Below the pieces are notes generated by a model. It saw nothing but the letters and a program-made list of their open reading frames with translations, was not told the origin of the DNA and did no database searches. Shown here in pieces: positions 21,574 through 33,000 of a DNA stretch of 33,000 bases. A program made the position numbers and the translations under genes. Every line of letters starts with the position of its first letter. The stretch's first letter is position 1. Origin of the DNA: Dicyema japonicum (lineage: Eukaryota > Animalia > Dicyemida); assembly GCA_011109175.1 (NCBI GenBank), contig RDEW01000034.1:424556-457555 (forward strand), read 5' to 3'.

Positions 21574-24401
21574 TAAATTGAAAAATGTCATGTGGCTCGC
21601 CGACGACGTGGTGGCATTTGGAAAAAAACCACACTTTCCCCTATCTTCACGGGTGGACTAATAAGGAAGACCTGCGCCGCTGCAGAGACGTTAAGGCAAA
21701 CCCTGGACCATCCAGAATAGTCTAACTAAAACATAAATGGAATCAAAAACAAGATAATCGAACTTGGGACATTTGTGAAAGAAAATCACATTGATCTGTT
21801 GCTAATTCAAGAGTCTAAACTTTCTCCAATTCACAGTAATTTGCCGTGACAGAATTGGCAAACTTGGTGGGGGTCTTCTCACAGTTATCCGCAACGGCAT
21901 TCCGTTTGAGGACTTAACTAACAGTGCCTACACTATGCTTAAAGGATATGGAAATCTCGAACTTTTGGTTACCAAAGTACGATTCCCAAGACTATCAATA
22001 ATAATTGTCAACGCATATCTCCTACCGTTGAGTTCCTGCTCGTCCAGTGCTCCCAGACTCACTCCTCTCGCATCACTGAAGGATGTGATTATCTGTGGTG
22101 ACTTCAATGCGAAGCACCCACTGTGGCTGACAGGACAAACCTACGACAAAAGAGGGAAGATGATAATTGAGGACCTCCACAGCCTATGTATACTCAACGA
22201 TCCTGCATCTCATACAAGAACACCTACTCGACGTAACGATAAACCTTCTATCGACATCTCATTGTCATCACCGTCCTTGGCCCCACTTATTGACTGGTCA
22301 GTGAAGTATGACACCAGTAGTGATCACAACCCAATATTTTTGGAGGTCAAAACAAGGTCACGGATAAAAGGACAATGCCCAACAATAACTAACTACAGCC
22401 TTGCAAATTGGAAAGGATTCAAGGAATACGTCGATAATTGTATTGGACTATTAAATTTCCCCACTTTTCCCTCCGTCGAACAATTAGTGAAATGGTTCCA
22501 TTATAAACGATGCGAAAAAGAAGTACATTCCTATGGGGAGACAACCAACGTCATCAAAACGTTTCAACACAACGACGAAACATCTGATCGGAGAACGAAA
22601 CAATCTAAAGATGGTAAAATCGCCAACAGAAGAGAACATCAGGAAAATACGAGAATTGAACAGAGATATCGACAACAACATAAAGACAGAAAATGCAAAT
22701 AGATGGACGAGACTATCGAAAGCTCTCTACAAAAACCCCCCAATGCCAAGAGTGTGAAAGTGGATCAAAAACATCAAAAGACCCTCCCCAGAAAGAAAAG
22801 TCGAAGTCTACATAAAACCAGACACTCTGATAAAATATTACACATCTATATCCTACAGGAAGTTTTCAAAAGAACACCAAGTATTCCTGAAAAAGATTGA
22901 ACCGAAACGCTCCGATAACTGGATCCTATTTACTAGTCAGGATGTTCGCAGAGCCATATCTAAGGCCAACAACTCAGAGGCCAAAGGACCAGACAACATA
23001 ACCACATGTGAACTGAAGCACCTAGGCCATCGAGCCCTGGAACTATTAGCCTATATATTCAACCTCTCCATTAACACAAATACAATCCCTGAAATATGGA
23101 AGAAGTCTCTAATCAGACCTATCCGAAAACCCAACAAACCAATAGATGAACCATCTTCCTATCGCCCAATATCTATTCTAAGTCCGGTCTCAAAAATCCT
23201 TGAAAGTATTGTTTTGGAAAAAATAGAAGACTCAAACTCAATACCTCCGACCCAGCACGGATTCCGGGATAACCATTCGACCACAATACACCTTACAACC
23301 CTCACACAATTCATTGCGGAAGAATTTAACTCCCCCAAACCCCAACAGTACTTATATCCGTGGACATCATAAAAACGTTCGACTCAGTCCCTAGGAAACT
23401 TCTAAAAAAGAATATATTTGAAACCAACATTCATCAGAGACTGAAACTTTGGCTTGGAAACTTCCTAAATAGAAGACGAGCACAAGTACTCTGTAACAAC
23501 ATCAAATCAGGATCTCGCTATTTTCCAAATGGAGTCCCTAAAGGCTCCCCACTATCACCCCAACTCTTCAATCTTTACATAAACGACATGCCACAAACCT
23601 GTAATGAAAACTGTCTAATCCTCTCATATGCCGACGATATCATTCTTGCCTCCAAGGACAGAAACATTCAATCAGCGACTCAGTTGGCTCAACAAATGCT
23701 CGATAACTTGGAACTATGGCTCTCGAAGCGGAGACTTGACACATCAGCAGCAAAGTCCTTTGTCACACTGTTTACCACCTACAAGAGACAGCTCTGTATC
23801 GAACCAAAAGTCTTTATGAAGAACGAAGCTATCTCTATTAACAAAACACCGAAGATTCTCGGAGTAACCTTTGATCAGGGACTCACCTTTATCCGGCATG
23901 TTGAAAACAGAGTAACTTCTGCTCTGAAAAAATTAAGAATTTTAAAAGTGCTCTCAAAAATATTTAGAGATCAAACTGGGATCCTTGCCACGATTTACAA
24001 ACAATTCATCCGACCAACGATGACGTATGCAAGTCCTTCATGGGCAATGCAAATGTCACGATCTTCCACATTGAAGTTATCTGCAATCGAGGAGACTGCA
24101 ATAAGGTTAATTGGACCAGATCACAACATCCAACCTATTGAAAATTTTTTAATTGAAATACAACGAAAACTATTAAAGGAGGCTGTTCTACCGAGCTGCC
24201 CTCTATTCCAAATACTATCGAATTATCTACAATCATACAGAAATTGTGAGCCGATGCCATGTCCTATGAGAAGAGCTGTTCAGGATTTTCGACCCCGCCG
24301 GACTCGTCCTCACCTTTGTCGGTCTGGGATCACTTAGTTAGATGAGAACTTTTATTTCTTTCTCTTTGACCCAGTGATCATGGGGGTAGTAATAATAATA
24401 A
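21574..24401 (+). mobile_element. Near full-length 2.8-kb single-ORF APE+RT LINE (Ingi/Vingi-like), frameshifted
   Basis: 13-bp TSD TAAGGTCTCACCC (21561-21573, 24402-24414) and (TAA)n tail. APE motifs LIQESKL, GDFNAKH and SDHNPI. RT motifs SYRPISIL, QHGFR, GVPKGSPLSP, YADD and KILGVTFD. 2A-like CRDVKANPGP at 21681-21710. No ORF1 or RNase H seen. Confidence 0.92.
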
Positions 24402-24414
24402 TAAGGTCTCACCC

Positions 24415-26470
24415 GATCCCAAAAGGATCAAAAATAGCCAATTTCTCCCCACCCGATTGGATAAACCCATGGAGTGGTTTCTCGACTTTTGTGCCGAGTA
24501 TCTCTGATCTCATTCCTTCTAATTAACGCTTCAAGATAGTGTAAGCAAGCCCATCTTTATGTACCTCAACGCGCAGCTCTGTCGATTTAATCTTCGAAAG
24601 TTAAGGATGGTTTCTCAGTTGAGATGGTAACCCTTGGACAATTTTCTTGCTTTCGAATTACAATCAGGTTCACGTCTGTTCTTGGGCACATCAGTTTTCG
24701 GCATATCCTCCAGAAATTTGCTTGTCATATGTCCATTATCTCCATGCTACATCAGCACGTAGAATCCAAGAAATTTAAGTTAGCCTCTTCACATTACCGC
24801 TCAGTCTGTCCATGATATATGTTAGTTCCTTGGACTTTCTTTCAAATGCACCTAGGATATCTTCACATTTTGTGTCTTTCATCCTGCTTTGCATGATCTT
24901 TTCATCTATCATTTTTTTCTCACCCCTTTGCCTGTCTTGTTTCACACGACAATCATCTTTTCTTCTCACAGAAGGAAACTGCTTTTCTAGCCACTGGGCT
25001 GTCACCATAGCTCTCTCTGTGACTAGTCGACTCGCTGTTGATAGACAATTTTCCGTTGGTTTGTACCGAACACTTCAAAAGACTATGCAATGTAGGCTAA
25101 GCATTTCTTGTCCCATTGCAATTTCTTTAAAAGTGGACCAATTGTTGACAGTTGTATCATCTTAATGGCCTCCTGGTCTATTCGAACGTTATATGGCCCA
25201 ATTGAGAATCCCAAACGTATCTGAGAGGTGGCTTCAGTGTTAGGATCAATTTTTCCATTGGTAGTATCACCCAATCTCAGAGGAACCTGTATTTGTATTA
25301 TAATATGTTGTCATCCACCAAGAAAAGGATATTCTTTAATATAACCACAGATGGTCTGGAAGTTGCCTCAATGACTTTGTGATTTCCAATCCCGAATGGC
25401 GATATAGTGTTTAGTTCCACTATGAATTTCTTTTAATCCTCCATATCTTTAAATTCACATGAAATGACTTCGGTCCTTTAAACGTGAGACGAGCGTCATT
25501 TACATTTGCTAAGCTCATCGCTGAAATATCAGTTAGTTGCCAACTTTGTTTCATTTAACTCCTCAATTTGGGGGACATCATAAAACTGTTGATTAGAACA
25601 GAATTGATATTCGTCATTTTACGTAATTTTACACTTTTTACACGAGAAGGCTTGATTACACAATTTTGAATTATTTTATTATTAAACCTTCTCAGGGATC
25701 GACCTTCTTACAACCCACAGTTTTCAGAATTGGAAAACTTGTCCCTTTGTATCACCCTTACTGTTCCGCTCGTATACCACTTGAGAGAGCAAATCACTAG
25801 ACAAGACAGCTGTTTTTCTTGATTCCTCTTCGACGTCACCTCCGAGTTCAGAGCCTTTTGAGATAAGATGATTAGTCACTCTTGTAACCTCATCATCATC
25901 GTTTAATTTTCAGTCCATGTCTCTGCTCAATTATCATGCTCTTTAAAGTTTTTTAATCGTCATCGATTGGATTTACGCCCTTGTAGAGACATCCACGTTG
26001 AGTTTTTCTATATAGGAATTTACAACTTCGTTATGTTGCCGTATATACGCACCGCTAAGCATCCTGGTACACCGTGTAGCCATGTGATCCACACTTTTTT
26101 TTGGCCACACCACAATGACTGAAATTTGCTTTCATCTTTTTAAAGAACAGATTCCGATCCTGTATCATGCAGTACATTGCTTCCGACCTTAGACTATTGT
26201 TTCCCCCAGTGAGCCATTCTGTTGATCCATTGATGTCAACATTCGTATTTTCAAATCACTTAAATATAATTAAATGAAGCAATTTCTGATTAGTCTTCTC
26301 CAAATAATTCTTTTTTTGATATTCCTTTATATTGTCAGTGTTCAAGTTAGATAGGTCATCCACATTGTATTTGAGTACAATAAATCTTGCATATGTGTTT
26401 TCCTTTGTTTTAAGGCCCGCAAGATTCCTGCCATTCGAAGACACGTGGAAGATTTTCTCTCACGGTCGGT
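24415..26470 (-). mobile_element. Composite degenerate RLE-type retroelement remnants
   Basis: 26020-26230 on the minus strand reads WLTGGNNSLRSEAMYCMIQDRNLFF..SVDHMATRCTRML..YIRQHNEVV, homologous to 15091-15290. 26295-26460 matches 8350-8422 plus 9578-9690. The identity of 24415-25950 is less certain. Confidence 0.55.
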
Positions 26471-26581
26471 AAATAATTAAAATAACACTTACTCTTATCA
26501 GAAATTGAGATTAATGTTTTTCCAAAGTATAAATATATATAAAATATAATAAATAAATAAATAAATTAAAAAATAAATCAC

Positions 26582-28138
26582 ATGGTAGTAAAGTCATATG
26601 GTAAGGATAAGCCAAAGCAAATAAGAGAGAGTAATATATCATCAGGGAAAGGTAAAATGTAATAAATATAAAAGCTGTGTGTGATGCAGTAAGAACAAGT
26701 CTTGGACCTTGTGGAATGGATAAGATGGTAATATGAATAATAAAATAGATTGTCGGAGAGAAAGTATGTGTATCGAATGATGGTGCTACAGTATTGAGTG
26801 AGATGAAGATAAGTGAGCCTGGTGGACGAATGATGGTTGAATTATCAAAAGGACAGGACGTAGAGGCAGGAGATGGAACAACAAGTGTAGTGATAGTATG
26901 TGGTAGTTTATTGAATGCATGTAAAGGATTATTGGAAATGGGTAAAAGTAAATTTAATGTTAGGATTGAATGCTGGATTAATAAGTGAAAGTGTGAGAAT
27001 ATTTGGTAGAGAATGTTGTAAAGTAATGAATGAAATGTCAATAATGGGAGAAATAGGTACAGATATAGCATCAACAGCACTAAATTCAAAAGTAGCAAAT
27101 TGTTTGTCGTCATTGAGTGTTGATGCAATAAACAAAGTGAAAAGTGAAGATAATAGAGTGGATATTGGAGATATTAGAATAGTAAGTGAAATGAGTGGTA
27201 CTTTGGAAGATTCACTATTATTTGATGGACTAATATTTGAAGGAAGTAATCCACAGACACAATCAGGAAAGGTTGGGTTAATCCAATATTGTCTTTCTCC
27301 ACCAAAATCAGATATGGAGTTTACAGTAAATGTGTCAGATTATACACAAATTGATAATGCATTCAGACAAGAACAGTCATATATTCTTAAAAGAGTAAAG
27401 GCTATTAAGAATGCTGGAATAAGTCTTCTTTTAATTCAAAAATCAATTTTGAGGGATGCAACTAATTCAATGGCACTTCATTTACTTAAAAAATTAAATA
27501 TTACAGTGATTAGGGATGTTGAACGAACTGATGTTCCCATAATATGTAAAGCATTTGGTTGTAGACCAATTCCATCACCTGACCATCTCCTTCCTAATTA
27601 TTTGGGTTATTCTCCTTCCATTGTTCACAAAAACAAACAATTATATGTCACTTGTATTCCTAATGCTAAGGTTGTCTCTATTCTCCTTAGAGCCTCTAAT
27701 TCTATTATTCTACAAGAGGCTAAACGTTCACTTCATGATGCTCTTTCTGTGTGTAAATGTCTTGTTGCTCATCCAAGAATTCTTCCTGGTGGAGGAGCTG
27801 TTGAAATTGAATTATCCCTTGCACTGGCTAAATATGCAAATACACTCAATGGACCTAAACAAATATGTATTAATGCCTTTGCTGAGGCTATGGAAATAAT
27901 ACCTTATACTCTTGCTGAAAATGCCGGTCTTCCTCCTATTCCAACCGTTACTAAACTACGTAATGCTCATTACAATAACAAACATATCGCTATTATTGCT
28001 AATAAGGCTAATCTTGGTAATGCCATTGATAACCACCTTGTTCATCCTATTTCCGTTTTTATTAATATCATTACACTCGCTTGTGAAACTGTTGCTAATA
28101 TTATGAAAATTGATGATGTCATCATTACTAACTCTTAA
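26582..28138 (+). CDS. CCT4: T-complex protein 1 subunit delta (chaperonin CCT4)
   Basis: Spliced N-terminus [34 protein letters not shown], then [56 protein letters not shown] and KIDD. Introns at 26652-26674 (23 nt), 26728-26748 (21) and 26942-26963 (22). Confidence 0.95.
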
Positions 28139-28554
28139 CTTTTTTGGTCTTTCTAATTTTTGGTCTTTCATTCTTGTACACTTCAACTATCCGCTTACCA
28201 AACAGATAGACATTCCATACGTTTTACACCTAGTCTACACATACAGGCGGGTACGAGTACTAGGCAAACGATATACTACTATCGTCTTGTCATCCTCCAA
28301 GCGAATGGATTATAATAAATCCGTTTTCTGAGTCAGTCGAAAATTCTGAATGTATGATTTTTCTTATTTTGGAATTGGAATAAATAAAAGTCAGTCTGAA
28401 TAACAACATTGACAAAAATCGTATTTCAAGTCAACCAAATATTATAGACAGCAAAGCTAGCTTCATGGAATCGTCGAAAATCATTAACACAATAAAGCTT
28501 CCAGAAAGAGAAAAATAGATGTTTATAAAACTTAATTTATCCTCAAATTTTTTA

Positions 28555-29545
28555 TTAAGGAACGAAAAGAGAGTAAATGGTCATATAGCGGCTGCCCTGA
28601 CTCAGGATGGTTAGCGAGATTCGCTCAAGTAAATAGCAGCGCTCACGAGGGTATCCTGATCGTGTAGCTATCCGCTTCCCTAGAAGATTAAAGAATTCCA
28701 GCGTCGCAGGCACAAAGGAACAAGACGTCTCAACGGCGAGTGTAGCAAACAAAAAATCCTTGGGTAAGACCGCTACTTTCCCCGTTTTATTTTCTCTGCT
28801 TTCTCAGCGGCAGAACAGGCTCTAGAGGTACTCTGGAGTAGGTTGCAAGAGACAAACGTGTCGGTGCAGGTGACATCCCAGACAAGAGGTTTCCCGACTT
28901 CAAATAGGAAAATTATCATCTCATCTGGATGTTTCCCGTCCCGCCTGCAAAGACCGACTGGTTTGGGCTTGGCTGCGTCCAAAGCTCGCCTAACGACTTC
29001 GTTCAAGGCCATGTGTCTGGTAAATCTGCCTGCACTCTTCCTGCAGGAGTGAGGATGTAGGCCAAAACAGTCGATTTCGTCTCGGCACGGATGTGTAACA
29101 CAGACATTTGATCTCAGTCTTAATGAGATCCCAATACGGACGCATTTATCATTTACAAAGGTACTCAAGAAGGTACCCAAGGGCGATGTTTGCTAGATGA
29201 CATTAACAAATCTTCGAAAGAATTCTAGCATATAGCATTGTCCAGGCCCCGCTAAGAGAATGAGGAATCTAGGGAAAGCTGATAAGTACGGTTCTAGTCC
29301 TCACGAGCATGGCCGGCGTCTTTGTCAATAGAGAATTCTGGTAGAGAGTGTAGAATCCTCTTAACAAGGGTGTTACAGGCCATTAGCGACGATAGATATC
29401 CAGGGAGAGAACGGTCTACAGGGTTGCGAATTCCAAGCCCTCCAGTTTCACTGGCAGCGTGGCTTGCTTCCATTAGTAATCCTTAGACCGGACGTTGAGG
29501 ATACACTCCGCTGTCGTACGGAAGATCCCGTTATCTATGCGAGAA
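28555..29545 (-). mobile_element. CRE-like retrotransposon 3' ~1 kb
   Basis: QATLPVKLEGLG, HPHSCRKSAGRFTRH, RDGKHPD, VWDVTCTDT and RERCYLLERISL. Colinear with 1140-1726 plus 4460-4916. Confidence 0.85.
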
Positions 29546-29579
29546 GATTCTTTTTTTTAAATAACTTTTTTTAAATCCA

Positions 29580-30178
29580 ATCCCATAGTCCCGATGACAT
29601 TGTAGTTCTCCACGTGGTGTAAGTTGGATTACACAGCAGTAAGAAATAAGAGCCACTTACTTTCTTTATCGGTTGCCAAAAGGATTTCCGTTGGTGGCCG
29701 TCGAACGGGCACATAAGGTTTTGCTCTGATTAGATTTTCCTAACGTCTGGAGATGTCGAACCCAACCCATGGCCGAACAAAATTATAATCTTACAACTAT
29801 CTATCAATTTAATTACGCCAAAGTAAATCAATTTGACGAGAAACAAATTTGATATTGCTATCTCAAAATCAAATATTTCCATCATCTCACAAACATCGAC
29901 GTTTACATGCTACTCAGTACTCCACTCCGAAAGGGTAAATTGGTCTTGTGGTGTTGGACTGGTCTCTCATAAATTTTTCCTTTTCTTTAACCGGCACTAC
30001 CTGGCACACAGCCATACAATCATCAGATAACCAGATGGAAGTAATTTCCATTAACGTCATGACCACCCATTAAACTATTGATAATATATTCGACTCTAAT
30101 CATGCTGACAAAATGGCTACCATCCTAACTTGGAATTCCTACTCAACTTCTAAACGTTATCACTTGCGATGACCTTTA
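29580..30178 (+). mobile_element. 5' fragment of an Ingi/Vingi-like LINE (2A-like motif plus decayed APE)
   Basis: FLTSGDVEPNPWP at 29737-29775, followed by IIILQL, KFDIAI and other APE remnants. Truncated at the pogo element. Confidence 0.6.
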
Positions 30179-30180
30179 TA

Positions 30181-30760
30181 CAGTCAGACCTCGATTTGGA
30201 ACGGACCGTGTGGCTGGAACACCTCAGTTTTTGGAACACTTTGTAGGATCGCTTTCAAAAATACTGAAAACCTCGATTTGGTACTGAATTTATTACTAGT
30301 TTTTTTTTATTTCTAGTCATTAAAAAATTAATTATTTTTAAATAAAAAACTCACACTAAGTCATTATGACTCTTATTTACGAGAAAAAAGTTGAAATTGC
30401 TCGACTACTCCTGAAAAATCATTCACACAGAGTATTTGCTCGGAAGTATGAAACGAGCATTGGCACAATAGCTCGAATGACAAAAACGATTACGCCGTAC
30501 ATTACCCGTGGGAACATTATTTCAAATTTTCGAACTCAAACAAAAACTGACGATATTTTTTAAAAATTTGGATATTAAAGTTCTCGACACTTTTCAACAA
30601 TTACGACTCCAAAATATTCAAGTTTCTGGCCTTCTCATTAAAAGATTGGCAATTTTGCTTTTTCTTTCATCTTAAACTTAGATGGATGGCTAATGAATTT
30701 AAAAAAAGACATGAATACAAATTCAAAATCTTTGAGGGCGAAAAAATTGAATTATTTTTT
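30181..30760 (+). mobile_element. pogo/Tigger-like DNA transposon, left end and CENP-B-type HTH region
   Basis: TA followed by CAGTCAGACCTCGATTTGG as a terminus, with ACCTCGATTTGG repeated at ~30270. ORF MTLIYEKKVEIARLL..SHRVFARKYETSIGTIARM and a later GWL..KKRH remnant. No right TIR found. Confidence 0.7.
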
Positions 30761-31111
30761 TCCATATTCATCAATTTTTTTCATAAAAAACTTTCAACGT
30801 AGTCAAAAGTTTTTTGATTACGTCGATCCAAGTAAAGTTCAAATTGTTTCAGTTTCGTTTATTTAAGGATTTGTTGACGATTTGCTCCTTGACACATTCT
30901 TCGAGTTCCCAGTTGATTGTCACTTATCAAGTCGTATAATTCAATATATTCTGATAATTTTTTGTTCACACAATTTGTCAATTGTTTATACTAATCAGGT
31001 ATACAAGTGATTGACCTTCACTCTGTGGGTGAATCACAACTACTTTTGGAATTAGGTACGTAATCCAAGTATAGAACCAATCACCAGGCCTATATTATCA
31101 GGTATAATCTT

Positions 31112-31900
31112 CTTTGCGCTATGCTGACGATACAACCTTACTGGCTGAGACAGAGGATGGCCTCAGGGAGTTTATTCTAAGATTCCGAGAAGAGAGCGCC
31201 GTCTTTGGTTTATTGCTAAATATAAAGAAGACCAAAATTATGACTACTGCTAATAATGGAATAATGGAACTAAAAATTGGGAATGAGAAAATAGAGAGTT
31301 GCAATAATGATGTCCTTCTGGGATGTCTAATTAATCGGAATGGTGACGGAGGCTTGGAAATCAAGAGGCGAATTGTTATGGGACCTTCCAGAGAATGAAT
31401 AGAATTTGGAAAAACAACGATATTTGCTTAAGGCCCAAATGCAGACTGGTTAATGCAATCGTGTGCCCGGTTTTTCTATACGGCGCAGAATCATGGATAC
31501 TGAAAAAGGCGGATAGACGAAAAATTGATGCTTTTGAGCTGTGGTGCTGGAGGAGGTCACTAAGAATCCCTTGGACTTTTAAAATAACAAACATCGATGT
31601 ACTCAAACGGGTAGAGACGGACATTTCGCTAGAAGGAAGAATCGTAAAACACAGATTGGCGTTCTTCGGGCATGTTGTCCGTTCTGATTTACTGGAAAGA
31701 ACCATTATGCTGAGCAATATTACTGGAAAGAGAAGACCTGGCCGACCGAGGACTCAGTGGCTATTCACGGTGGAAGACGTCACGGGAATGCCTATATCAA
31801 GGCTACTTCAAATTGCAACGGATCGGGAAGAGTGGAGGAAACTCGTTCATGAGATCTCCAAGGGTCGGACACGACTTAATTGGACAACATAACATAATCT
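31112..31900 (+). mobile_element. RTE/BovB-like LINE 3' fragment
   Basis: RYADDTTLLAE, GLLLNIKKTKIM, PVFLYGAESW..KADRRKIDAFELWCWRR.LRIPW and GKRRPGRPRTQW. Confidence 0.9.
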
Positions 31901-31904
31901 TAAT

Positions 31905-32570
31905 TTTTTACAAATATATCCATTAATCAAAGTGAAGCTTTTGATTTAAAAAATTATAGACTTCATCAAAACCAGATGCCTTTCAATATGAAGCATCTTT
32001 ATAGTTTCAATAATTTCCTCATTTGTAAAATCAGCAAAAAAAATTCTCTGATCCTTTCACTCTTTTGCTAATTAAGAAATTGTTCTTTTTTCGCTTAACC
32101 ATATTCCAAATGTTACTCTAAAACGGGAAGACATTTCTCCTCATTGAAATTAAGGACCGCCTTCTTATTATCTCCATTTATATTTCTATGCAATCTCCTT
32201 CTATTCATTTCGAAGTAACAATTAGCACTCTAAATCTCTATCTCGATTCATAAACTCCCATCTTTTTAACAATCTTGATTTGATCGCGAACATAGGAAAA
32301 AACCCTCTCAAATTCTCCCCTCTTCGATTTTAAAAGCCATGTGAGCGTAAGGTATTGCGTAATTTTTTCGTCAAATATCTTCGTTCATTTCACTAGCCGT
32401 TGAATTCGCTCAAGTTGTTGCTTAAGTTTAGTGACCATGTCCATATCCAGAAATATCTATAATTTTTAAAGTCAATAAAGTGAATTTATTCAAATTTTCT
32501 AATTCATAAAGTCAAAAAATCGGTCTACTGATTATTTATTGGTAAATCGACCTATAAGTGACAATACCAA
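31905..32570 (-). mobile_element. Degenerate retroelement remnant (region just upstream of RT)
   Basis: Minus strand reads DFTNEEIIETIKML..KASGFDEVYNF, resembling the pre-RT KAxGxD motif. Confidence 0.5.
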
Positions 32571-33000
32571 CAACCCATAAAAATAATATGATTAAAGAGG
32601 TAAAAAGTCCTGAAAATTAAAAATACGTTTATTCTTTGAATAATTGATATTTTTCTTTGAGATGTTCGAATTATTTAAAAGACTAAATTTAAAATAAAAA
32701 AACCTGTTTTTCTTAATTTCCAAAAGTTCATTTTTAGTTAAATTTAATTGTTTATCAAACAAATCCAAAAAGTCACCAGTTTGTAAAGATTTTAAATCAG
32801 TTTTATTATCATCAGGTAAAACCAACAGAATAATAAAAACTCTAACCTCATCATTGAATGTAGCCATTAGTTTTTTTGCTTCTGGCTAAAACTTAAATTA
32901 TTAATTTACAGTTTTAAATTTGGAAGATATTCTTTTCGAGATATCATTGAAAATATATTCACGTGAAAAATTATCCATTAACCACAAAATTATATAGTTT

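Noticed and set aside
26511-27128. 205-aa antisense ORF overlapping CCT4
   Set aside because: Leu/Phe/Ile/His-rich low-complexity product expected from the purine-rich sense strand; no recognisable domain.
32592-32867. 91-aa minus-strand ORF with a possible 21-nt intron
   Set aside because: Very AT-rich, no recognisable family, and near the window edge; cannot be supported as a gene.

Overview
AT-rich eukaryotic nuclear DNA, probably animal given the adhesion GPCR, from a lineage with ultra-short GT-AG introns of 21-27 nt. Dicyemids are one known lineage with such introns, but the taxon cannot be fixed from this window. Most of the window is a nested graveyard of transposable elements: CRE-like and NeSL/R2-like restriction-like-endonuclease (RLE) retroposons, Ingi/Vingi-like APE-RT LINEs with 2A-like motifs, RTE LINEs, a Buster-type hAT and a pogo/Tigger fragment. 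There is one assembly gap (6570-7035). Host genes that can be reconstructed are an adhesion GPCR (mucin stalk, GPS, 7TM; apparently intact), CCT4/TCP-1 delta (intact), and two metabolic genes that look disabled: MMACHC/CblC and galactokinase. The most unusual signal is in CCT4, which has a mirror-image strand-composition switch (purine-rich 5' half, pyrimidine-rich 3' half) affecting synonymous codons, introns and amino acids. Other highlights are a micro-intron inside a transposase motif, a retroposon whose target duplication copied a splice donor, 2A-like and possible HDV-ribozyme remnants at LINE 5' ends, and a probable 3.2-kb inversion splitting one retroelement. All calls come from manual reading and remembered family motifs; no database search was run.
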